Of a stretch of DNA of 64,000 bases, positions 9,383 to 17,246 are shown piece by piece. The notes beneath the pieces were generated by a model. It ran no database searches, was not told where the DNA came from, and saw only the letters and a list, made by a program, of their open reading frames with translations. The DNA comes from Candidatus Cloacimonadota bacterium. Its GTDB lineage: Bacteria; Cloacimonadota; Cloacimonadia; Cloacimonadales; TCS61. A program made the position numbers and the translations under genes. The stretch is from the NCBI GenBank assembly GCA_021108315.1, contig JAIORE010000354.1, positions 27,919 through 91,918 of the forward strand. Reading direction: 5' to 3'. Every line of letters begins with the position of its first letter. Within the stretch, counting starts at the first letter, position 1.

Positions 9383-12300
9383 CTATTTAGTGTCAACCGT
9401 ATGAAGAATTCTATATAATTGAGTTCGGCTGATATTTGCTTGTTTACTTGCCTGTAAAATGTTTCCTTTGTGTGACTTTACCAATTGTTTAGCAAAATTT
9501 CTATCTAATGTACTGATTATTCTGTTTTTATATTTCTGATATTCTTTCCAATTTCCGGGTAATTCATCCATAATGGAAAAACTGCTATCTTCTACAATTT
9601 CTTTTATTATATCAACATCTATTTGATCTGTTTTGCAGAGAAGAACAGCTTTTTCAATCTCATTTTCCAGTTCCCTGACATTACCTTTCCATTCATTATT
9701 CTTTAGATTGTGTAAAGCTTTCAAAGAAACTCCCTGAATATTTTTATTAAATTTATTGTTAAATTTTTCTATAAAATGATGGATCAATAAAGGTATATCA
9801 GATTTCCGTTCGCTCAGATTTGGAATATCTATTTTAATGACTTTGAGTCTGTAATAAAGATCTTCTCTAAATTCTTTTACTAATATTTTTTCCTCTAAAT
9901 CTGAATTTGTAGCAGTTATTACTCGAATAGAAACCGGAATTTCGTTAGAGTTTCCAACAGGAATAACAATTCTTTCCTGTAAAACTCTGAGCAGTTTTGC
10001 TTGCAGTGTCATTGGCATATCTCCAATTTCATCTAAAAAAAGTGTACCATTATTTGCTAATTCGATTTTTCCACGTTTATTAGCAAAAGCTCCCGTAAAA
10101 GCACCTTTGGTATGTCCAAATAATTCACTTTCCAATAAGTTTTCGGGAATCGCAGCACAATTAACGGCTACAAAAGGAGCATTTTTAGCATATTCCCGAT
10201 GTAATGCTTTCGCTATCAATTCTTTTCCGCTTCCGGTAGGTCCGGTAATCAAAACATTAACATTATGTTCACCAACCATTTTCATAAGTGAAAAAATTTC
10301 CATTATCTGAGGGCTTTTACCAATGATTTCCGAAAATTCATTTTTAACCCCGGAATACTGCAAAATTTCTGATTCTCGCTTTAAATTCTCAAACAAAAGG
10401 GATTTCCCCAAAGCAGAACAGGCTTGCACAAAGATAGCTTCCAAAATACTCTTTTCTTCTTTTTCAAACTCCTTATCTCCTTTAGCATCAGAATATATTA
10501 CACCTTTGATTTCGTGATTAATAATTAGCGGATAACAAACAGCAGTTCGTAATCCCAGCCCTAAAATACTGGAATGAATATCAAATTGTACATCCTCTTG
10601 TAGATTCGTCAAAAAGCGGATTTGTCCAAGTTGAATGGTTTCTTTCAAAATAGTTTTACTAACTTTCAAATCTGTTATATCAAGCTCATTATCATTACCA
10701 TAAAATCCTTGTTTTGCTTGTAAATTTCCATTTTGAAACTCAAAAAAAACAGCTCGCTCCAAACCACTTATTTTCAAAATACCTTGCAAAACAGCTTTCA
10801 TTGTTTTTTCAAATTCCACATCACCGTGAATTAGATTTATTATTTCCCAGAATATTGGAAGTGCTGAGTGCATAGTAGGATTATGATTTTTTTTAAATAG
10901 AAGCATTTCTAAAGGCTTATATGAATTCAATTGTAAATAATTTTTTATCTCGTTGCTAAGTTCTTCATATTTAAGGAAATATCCGCTGTAAACTATTTGA
11001 GTAGCATAATATAGATATTTATCTACATCTCCTTCAATAGCCAATTCCCGGAGATAATTGATCATATTTTTTTTATCAGCTGTAAAAATTGCTTTAATAA
11101 TCGGATATTTTTTTTGAATTTTGTGATAATATTGAGTACATTTAAGAAATTCAGCTCGATGATAATAATAGAAAAACATCTCAATTTGAAGTTCATCATC
11201 CTCAATTTGGGAGTAATTTTTTTCTATTTCGTCGGCATATTCACTTGAATTCAATTGGTCTGTGAATTTGCTAATATAAAGAAATTTCACTAATATATCA
11301 ATGTATCTTTGGATATTTTGTTTAATATCCTTAGTGTTTGAAACTTCTAAAATCATCTCTGGCAAATTCTCAATATTTCCTAAGGCAAAATTGGCATAAA
11401 TAATTGAAAGATCAGCAACTACTTGAATACTTAATTTTTTATATTTTCTACCGAGTTCCAAGGTATTTTTGGCAAAATGCAAGCATTTTTTCCATTCTCC
11501 GACTTGTTTAAATATTTCTGTAAGATTCAGATAAGAAAGTGTTATATATTGAGCTTTATTATTTTCATTAGAAAGTTTTAGTAACTGTTTAAATGTTTCT
11601 TTGGCATCTTTATATTTTTTTATCAGGAAATAGGACGCTCCAATATTATTTAAAGTTCTGAGATATTCATTGATTTTGTTATTTTTATGGAAAATTTCAG
11701 CAGTTTCTTTATGAATCTCAATTGCTTCAAGATATTTTTGTTGTTCGTGCAAAACGGTCGCTTTATCAGAAAGAACTGTGGCAAGCTCAATTCCAGATAA
11801 TTTCTGTTCGATACTTTCATAAAGTTCTACAGATTTTTGAAGAAAGAGACATTTTCGATATAAAAAGGCTTTTCTTTTCTGCAAGTTAATCGGTAAATCT
11901 TTAATTCTATGCCTATTTTGAATCCATTCAAATATCTCTAAAGCTGAAGAATAATATTCTTTTTCAATAAGTTCAAAGGTATGTAGGTTAAAATGTTTCA
12001 AAGCTTTTATTTGATTGGTAAGTAGAAATTCTATTTGAGTAGAAATTAGATTAAGATTTAATTTTTGAGTTTTCTGAAGTGCTCTTTGCATAAGTTTCTG
12101 AGGAACTTTTTGAGTCTTAGTTTTTTTACCTGTAAATATCAAAGAATTTCCTTGAATCGAAATTAGTTTTGAATTGATAGCTTTTTGAAACAATTGCTGC
12201 CAATTTTCCCACATCTCAACGATCAAGGTGAAGGGAACTTGCAATTCGACCAGAGCAAGAAATTCAACAAGCTCATTTTGGCTGTCTTCCTCTTTCTGTT

Positions 12301-12673
12301 GAAAATCCTTAACGATGAACTGTTTAACATATTCTTTTACTAAAAAAGGTTTAGCTTCATTGAATCTATTTTTAATATCAGTTTTTATAGTCTTTTCAAT
12401 CTCTATCTTTTCCAGAAACTCAAGAAAATCTTTATTTGTAACATTGGATATGTCACTATTATCGGTTTGGTAGATAACATAAGAATTTTGAAGTTCGCTC
12501 AGTTCATTGAAAAGGGAAGTTGCGTGATATTTAGACGATCTTTTTAACATAAGATTAACGTCTTTTGAAATAATTTTTTTAAAATTTTTTGATGATTTTA
12601 TCGGTTTATCAAAAATCAGAGATACATCTCTAAAAAATTGTTCAGGATCGAGAATAAAAACCGATTCATCCAA
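9383..12673 (-). CDS. Sigma-54-dependent transcriptional activator (bEBP) with a long TPR-like N-terminal region and a GAF domain; no receiver domain
   Basis: The AAA+ sigma-54 interaction module has Walker A GPTGSGKE, ESELFGHTKGAFTGA (GAFTGA loop) and LFLDEIGDM. The C-terminal Fis-type HTH is GNILQASKQANISRTQLYRILH. A GAF-like segment (...RAVFFEF...TAVCYPLIINHEIKGVIYSD) precedes the AAA+ core, and ~600 aa of helical TPR-like repeats come before that. The TTG start lies 2 nt after the kinase stop. Confidence 0.9.
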   Translation of the reverse strand: MDESVFILDPEQFFRDVSLIFDKPIKSSKNFKKIISKDVNLMLKRSSKYHATSLFNELSELQNSYVIYQTDNSDISNVTNKDFLEFLEKIEIEKTIKTDIKNRFNEAKPFLVKEYVKQFIVKDFQQKEEDSQNELVEFLALVELQVPFTLIVEMWENWQQLFQKAINSKLISIQGNSLIFTGKKTKTQKVPQKLMQRALQKTQKLNLNLISTQIEFLLTNQIKALKHFNLHTFELIEKEYYSSALEIFEWIQNRHRIKDLPINLQKRKAFLYRKCLFLQKSVELYESIEQKLSGIELATVLSDKATVLHEQQKYLEAIEIHKETAEIFHKNNKINEYLRTLNNIGASYFLIKKYKDAKETFKQLLKLSNENNKAQYITLSYLNLTEIFKQVGEWKKCLHFAKNTLELGRKYKKLSIQVVADLSIIYANFALGNIENLPEMILEVSNTKDIKQNIQRYIDILVKFLYISKFTDQLNSSEYADEIEKNYSQIEDDELQIEMFFYYYHRAEFLKCTQYYHKIQKKYPIIKAIFTADKKNMINYLRELAIEGDVDKYLYYATQIVYSGYFLKYEELSNEIKNYLQLNSYKPLEMLLFKKNHNPTMHSALPIFWEIINLIHGDVEFEKTMKAVLQGILKISGLERAVFFEFQNGNLQAKQGFYGNDNELDITDLKVSKTILKETIQLGQIRFLTNLQEDVQFDIHSSILGLGLRTAVCYPLIINHEIKGVIYSDAKGDKEFEKEEKSILEAIFVQACSALGKSLLFENLKRESEILQYSGVKNEFSEIIGKSPQIMEIFSLMKMVGEHNVNVLITGPTGSGKELIAKALHREYAKNAPFVAVNCAAIPENLLESELFGHTKGAFTGAFANKRGKIELANNGTLFLDEIGDMPMTLQAKLLRVLQERIVIPVGNSNEIPVSIRVITATNSDLEEKILVKEFREDLYYRLKVIKIDIPNLSERKSDIPLLIHHFIEKFNNKFNKNIQGVSLKALHNLKNNEWKGNVRELENEIEKAVLLCKTDQIDVDIIKEIVEDSSFSIMDELPGNWKEYQKYKNRIISTLDRNFAKQLVKSHKGNILQASKQANISRTQLYRILHTVDTK

Positions 12674-12675
12674 AA

Positions 12676-13551
12676 TTATGAGTTTTTTAGAGAAGTCAAT
12701 TGGAGGATTTTATCAATTTCATCATAAGCTTCATAATTAAGGATTTTTTTTCTCCAAAGTTGTTCAATCGCTTCAAAATGTGTATTGAAAATATGATTGC
12801 TTACGACAAATTCATTAATATTCCCGATATTGAAATTATATAAATCAGAAAAATATTTTGCGATTTGAAGTGCTGACGGACGCTCACTTGCATCAAAAGC
12901 CAACATCTGTTTTAGAAAACTATCCTCTGTAAAATTTACTAAGCAATCATTCCATTTCTTTTGATTTTTGATTATTTCTAAATATTCGCTAACATTGTGA
13001 TCATCTGCCGGAATTTTACCATTTAGCATTTTTAATAATATCATCCCAATTGCAAAAACATCACTTGCTTCGTGATTTGTTTTCCGTAAAATCTTTTCTG
13101 GAGCAGCATAAGAGACGGTTCCTCTAAAATATTTATCATTATAAAGATTCAATGTAGATAAACCCAGATCAAGAATGACCGGTTCATCGTTTCTTAAAAT
13201 GATATTAGCTGGCTTTAGGTCATTCAAGCAAATTCCCAGAGAATGTATTTTTGCAACTGAAAACGACAACTTGGTAATGATACTATGAATCTTTTTTAGA
13301 TTGGATTCCTGAAATTTGTCTAAACCGATTCCATCAATGAATTCTAACCGTAAGTTTAGCTTTTCCTCTTCATTAAAAGATATAGCTTTCACTACATTAG
13401 CATCATCAATAGCATTTAGAAAGAGATATTCCCGTCTGGCTTCGTGAATGAAACCGCTCTTAAATTCTTTTTGAACAAATTGCTTCCCATTATCTTCTTG
13501 AATCAAATAAACTTCCGAGAATTTACCTTCTCCAATTTTTTTCTTGATCAT
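12676..13551 (-). CDS. Hanks-type Ser/Thr protein kinase, catalytic domain only
   Basis: Gly-loop IGEGKFSEV, Lys in FVQKEFK, catalytic loop LNDLKPANIIL, DLG (the DFG equivalent), SYAAPE (APE). 291 aa with no sensor or TM domain. Confidence 0.8.
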   Translation of the reverse strand: MIKKKIGEGKFSEVYLIQEDNGKQFVQKEFKSGFIHEARREYLFLNAIDDANVVKAISFNEEEKLNLRLEFIDGIGLDKFQESNLKKIHSIITKLSFSVAKIHSLGICLNDLKPANIILRNDEPVILDLGLSTLNLYNDKYFRGTVSYAAPEKILRKTNHEASDVFAIGMILLKMLNGKIPADDHNVSEYLEIIKNQKKWNDCLVNFTEDSFLKQMLAFDASERPSALQIAKYFSDLYNFNIGNINEFVVSNHIFNTHFEAIEQLWRKKILNYEAYDEIDKILQLTSLKNS

Positions 13552-13653
13552 ATTATTTCCCCATATATGTTACAATGTTATTAATTTGTTACAATGCAAT
13601 AAATGAACCAATTTTCTTAAAAAATGAAACCACTAATTAACACTAATTATCAC

Positions 13654-13702
13654 GAAAAAAAAGCAAAAAAAAATACCTTTGTGAAATATTCCACAAAGGT
13701 AT
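13654..13702 (-). terminator. Strong rho-independent terminator (minus strand) upstream of the kinase operon
   Basis: An 11-bp stem ATACCTTTGTG (13673-13683) pairs with CACAAAGGTAT (13692-13702). On the minus-strand RNA it is followed by U9-GC-U8 (plus-strand A-runs 13654-13672). It insulates the kinase/EBP operon from the upstream cassette array. Confidence 0.7.
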
Positions 13703-13943
13703 CAGATATGTAATATATTTTTCTTGTTTTTTGGAGTAAACCAAACTGTGTTGGTTTTTTAGTAACAGAGTCACTTTCAAAAGAAGATTGTAAAATCGCG
13801 ACTTGAGATAAAAGGCAAACTCCAAAACAAAAAAAACAATTTGTAGACTTGGGAAGACTATTTGAAGTAGTTAGCAGAGGATTTACAAAGAAAATATTGT
13901 TAAAATTAATAAATGTATTGATTGCTGATTAATAGATGCTTTC

Positions 13944-14041
13944 AATTCTTTAAAATACTCAAGTCGCACTCACTCTGTTCGTAACAACTCAAGTATTTTA
14001 ATCATAGCTTATCATTTAATCAAGAAAATCAAGGTTCAGAC
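13944..14041. repeat. Right half of a CTGAAC/TGATT-family MITE
   Basis: Near-identical to 17136-17233 (AATTCTTTAAAATACTCAAGTCGCACTCACTCTGTTCGTAACAACTC...AATCAAGAAAATCAAGGTTCAGAC). No matching left terminus lies upstream. Confidence 0.6.
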
Positions 14042-14246
14042 TTTTCTCTTTCTTCACTTCATTATTGGATGTTCCGTGTTGGATATTGGATATTTATTTA
14101 ATTCTTCGTTAATTTCAACCATTGAAAAGGCTAAGATGAAAGAAATCCGCTAGCAGAAGCCATTTTCAAGGTTTTCCATTCTTCCGTTTTATTATCGCAA
14201 ACTGAACTCCACCCAAAAAGATGGATGAAGTCCAGTCTGCTTTTTC
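14042..14246 (-). repeat. Conserved ~200-bp structured element directly 3' of a surface-protein gene (copy A)
   Basis: Collinear with 25789-26033 apart from a 33-nt hairpin insert in that copy. The hairpin at 14197-14240 is fully paired only on the minus-strand RNA, where four plus-strand A:C mismatches become G:U pairs. There is a second bulged hairpin near 14119-14175. No ORF. Confidence 0.55.
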
Positions 14247-14337
14247 CTATTTCCTATTTCCTTTCTTTCCTGATCTTCCAATTACTCCAGTATTGGCAGT
14301 CACATAATAGAATCTATTCCCAACTGGAATTGTTTCA
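14247..14337 (-). pseudogene. 3' fragment of the IS-disrupted 118-aa 'mini' surface-protein paralog
   Basis: The minus strand encodes ...ETIPVGNRFYYVTANTGVIGRSGKKGNRK* (stop at 14247-14249). This is the same C-terminal tail as the giant proteins (IPATNKFYYVTANTG..., IPATNKFYYVSANTGVIGRSGKKRNRK). Confidence 0.85.
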
Positions 14338-16311
14338 CCTAAGTTTTCCACGCAAAAAAATACTCAATCTGCAACTCTTTTGTTATCAATGAGTTGCAGA
14401 TTTTTTTTAGAATTTTAGTGTAAGGTGAAAGATAATGGCTTGACATACATAATATAAAAGGATATATGGTATAGTGTAAAGTATATTAAGAATCAAAGGA
14501 GTTCGAATGAAAGAGAAAATTTATCCCAAAAACAATAATGGAAATATTTATTACTATTTTCAGCATTCTTATCGAGTTAAAATCAATCCAAAAGACAAAG
14601 GAAAAACTAAAGGAAGTGGAAAAAGTAAAGTAAAAACCAAAACGACTTATCTCGGTTCCGCTACTTCAATTCATCAAAAGCTCATTGAAGCACGCAAACC
14701 GATTGAAATTCATCATCAGGATTTTGGATTTGTAGGAGCAATTTATAATGTTGCTAAGGAAATCGGATTAATAGAGATATTACAAATGCATATTAAAGGG
14801 GAGAGATTTGGTATTCCGAATTGGAAATATTTTTTACTTGCAATCATTAACAGACTCCATCAGGCTTCTAGCAAGGAAAAGATGGGTGCTTGGGCATCAA
14901 AAACAGTATTACCGGAATTGATAGACTTTGATGCAACAAAGTTAAACAGCAAAAGTTTTTGGTATTCAACAGATGACATAATCAATGAAAAAGATTTGAA
15001 AGAGCGTCGCACCGCTAATCCATCTTTAAATGATACGATCTGCACAGGGATTAATGATGCTATCTTGAAGGAGATAGAAAAAAAGTTAATTGCGAATTTG
15101 GAAGAAAAATATGGGATATTTTCTGATGTAATCTTTTATGACACAACCAATTTTTTCACTTACTTCGAAGAACCTCTTCGCTCCCAATTAGCCCGAACAG
15201 GTCACAATAAAGCATCAAAACATCATCTAAAGCAGATAGGATTGGCAATGTGCGTAGACAGAAAGTGGGGAATTCCACTTTATCATCAAATCTATCGGGG
15301 CAATAGCCATGATTCAAAAACATTTACTGAAATAATTTCCGAGCTGATTCAACAGATGAAAGCAGGAAAACAAAATATTGAGAACCTGATTCTAATCTTG
15401 GATAAAGGCAATAATAATAAAGAAAATTTCATGAAATTAAAAGAAAATATGGAGTTTATTGGAAGCTTAGTTGTTTCTAATTACCCCGAATTGATAGAAT
15501 TGCCTTTAGAAAAATATCAAGGAAAGTATCTAAATTTCAACTACTATTCACTTAAACAGAAAGTGTTTGATATTGATGTCAAACTTGTTCTAACTTATAC
15601 TGATAAGCTTGCCCGAAAACAAAAGCATTCATTATATAGAGGGATTGAAAAATTAAAAAGAAAAATTGAGACGAAATGGTTTCAGTATAAAAAACAACCC
15701 AAAAGAGTACCAAAGGGGATAAAAAATATTTTATCAGACAGCCATTATGGGAAATACTTAAAAGTTCAGTGTCGAAAGGGAAATCCAAAATTTTCATTAA
15801 AAGATGATGCTATCACAAAAAAGGAAAAAGTTTTTGGGAAAATTCTTCTTTTTAGCAGTAATCTTGATATGGAAAGTAGCAACATAATTGAGCAATACCA
15901 TTCCAAAGATAAAGTTGAAAAAGGTTTCAAATCGCTAAAAGACCCAGATTTAATACGCTGGCAACCAATCAGACATTGGACAGATACAAAAATCAGAGCT
16001 TTTGCTTTTTGTTGTGTTATGAGTTTGATTTTGATTAGAGTTATGGAATTAAAAATAAGCAAGGCAAATCTGAAAATGAGCCATTCGGTTTTAAAAATGG
16101 AGTTAAATGATTTGAAAAAGATTATTATGATTTACAATAAAAATGAAGCAGCTATTGAAATTTCGCATCAAAGTACAGTACAAAAAAAGCTGTGGGAAAT
16201 CTTTCAATTGAATACCTTAAAAAATGACTTAACCATACACTAAGACCAAACGTTTCTCTTTACGTTAAAGAAACTTAGCAAAGGGGATATAACATAGATT
16301 GAAAACTTAGG
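14338..16311 (+). mobile_element. IS element (IS1634/IS4-like), 1974 bp, 11-bp perfect TIRs, 5-bp target duplication
   Basis: IRL is CCTAAGTTTTC (14338-14348) and IRR is GAAAACTTAGG (16301-16311). The direct repeat TTTCA flanks both ends (14333-14337 and 16312-16316). Removing the IS and one TTTCA restores an in-frame 119-codon ORF. A terminator-like hairpin lies inside the left end: CTGCAACTC (14369-14377) pairs with GAGTTGCAG (14391-14399), followed by a T-run. Confidence 0.9.
14507..16243 (+). CDS. DDE transposase, IS1634/IS4-family-like
   Basis: 578 aa, the only ORF inside the TIR-bounded element, with AAGGAG 8 nt upstream of the ATG. The N-terminal ...NGNIYYYFQHSYRVK...TTYLGSA and C-terminal ...KVEKGFKSLKD...IRHWTDTKIRAFAFCCVMSLIL blocks resemble IS1634-type transposases. 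Element size and the 5-bp duplication fit that family. Confidence 0.75.
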   Translation: MKEKIYPKNNNGNIYYYFQHSYRVKINPKDKGKTKGSGKSKVKTKTTYLGSATSIHQKLIEARKPIEIHHQDFGFVGAIYNVAKEIGLIEILQMHIKGERFGIPNWKYFLLAIINRLHQASSKEKMGAWASKTVLPELIDFDATKLNSKSFWYSTDDIINEKDLKERRTANPSLNDTICTGINDAILKEIEKKLIANLEEKYGIFSDVIFYDTTNFFTYFEEPLRSQLARTGHNKASKHHLKQIGLAMCVDRKWGIPLYHQIYRGNSHDSKTFTEIISELIQQMKAGKQNIENLILILDKGNNNKENFMKLKENMEFIGSLVVSNYPELIELPLEKYQGKYLNFNYYSLKQKVFDIDVKLVLTYTDKLARKQKHSLYRGIEKLKRKIETKWFQYKKQPKRVPKGIKNILSDSHYGKYLKVQCRKGNPKFSLKDDAITKKEKVFGKILLFSSNLDMESSNIIEQYHSKDKVEKGFKSLKDPDLIRWQPIRHWTDTKIRAFAFCCVMSLILIRVMELKISKANLKMSHSVLKMELNDLKKIIMIYNKNEAAIEISHQSTVQKKLWEIFQLNTLKNDLTIH

Positions 16312-16582
16312 TTTCATTCCAAGTTAAACCGGAAATATTTTCTTGTTGCAATATCCAACCTCCTTCTGGATCATCAGAAGAATATACTTTATAAGAATCT
16401 GCTCCGGTAAAAGCATCCCAAGTTAAAACTACATCTTCCGAAGCAGTGGGAACAGTACCTCGAGACCAATTGGCTGTCGTGTTCCAATTCCAACTGGAAC
16501 TACCATCCCAGGTATTTGTTACTGCAAAGATCGAGATTGCAGTAAGACACATTACGAGAACTAACATTGTTTTCTTGTTCAT
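16312..16582 (-). pseudogene. 5' fragment of the IS-disrupted 'mini' surface-protein paralog
   Basis: The ATG at 16582 follows GAGGAGG. It encodes MNKKTMLVLVMCLTAISIFA (signal peptide), then TWDGSSSWNWNTTANWSRGTVPTASEDVV, then LTWDAFTGADSYKVYSSDDPEGGWILQQENISGLTWNE. The apparent stop at 16307-16309 is IS sequence. Confidence 0.85.
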
Positions 16583-16951
16583 TTTTTCCTCCTCGTTTGG
16601 TTTAATAAACTTTTTTTTAACCACGAATTTTCACTAATTAAGACGAATTAAAACGAATTTTCTAAGATTTTACAATAAATGAAATTAAATAAATTGGAAA
16701 TATTTTGTCTACTTTTTTTATTAATTGAATTTAGTTCTTGTTGGAGTAGGATGTCATTTCCGGTGGTAGCAATCGGTCTTCAGTGGGCTGAGATAGCATT
16801 GTTTTTTAACTCTCTTAATCCCATCCCCGACCCTTCCCCTTCGTAAAGGGAAGGGAGTTAGTTCTCCCGTGCACTTATGTTAAGAAGTAAAACTTATAAT
16901 AAATTTAAGATTATACTTAAACATAAGTGCAGAGGAATTAGAGGGGGCTCT

Positions 16952-17011
16952 CTTCCTGCTTTTCTCATGTTCCTTCTCTTGAATTTAAGAGAAGGATATC
17001 AGGATGAGTTC
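16952..17011. repeat. 60-bp hairpin repeat (CCTTCTCTT...AAGAGAAGG core)
   Basis: CTTCCTGCTTTTCTCATGTTCCTTCTCTTGAATTTAAGAGAAGGATATCAGGATGAGTTC. A reverse-complement copy with few substitutions lies at 44739-44798. Confidence 0.6.
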
Positions 17012-17050
17012 TAAATGTAAAAACAGTTTCAAAATCAACACATCCCTTTG

Positions 17051-17233
17051 TTTGAACTCTGATTTATTTGATTCCTAAGATTACTTTGATTTCTGCATTC
17101 CCAATATCCCGAATATTTTCGGGAGAAACGAGCTGAATTCTTTAAAATACTCAAGTCGCACTCACTCTGTTCGTAACAACTCGAGTATCTTAATCATAGC
17201 CTATCATTGAATCAAGAAAATCAAGGTTCAGAC
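17051..17233. repeat. MITE-like element, CTGAAC/TGATT-iteron family, full copy (183 bp)
   Basis: The left end is TTTGAACTCTGATTTATTTGATT...GATT...TGATTT and the right end is AATCAAGAAAATCAAGGTTCAGAC. It ends 13 nt from the stop codon of the 2559-aa gene. Confidence 0.6.
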
Positions 17234-17246
17234 TTCTTCCTATCTC

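Noticed and set aside
13643-13825. 60-aa ORF upstream of the kinase gene
   Set aside because: It spans the strong terminator hairpin and poly-A/T tracts at 13654-13702. It has no RBS and a nonsense-like sequence.
16307-16624. Treating the 105-aa ORF as an intact small gene
   Set aside because: Its last codon and stop are IS terminal-repeat sequence, and the true continuation lies at 14247-14337. Its first 14 codons precede the RBS-supported ATG at 16582. It is called as a split pseudogene instead.
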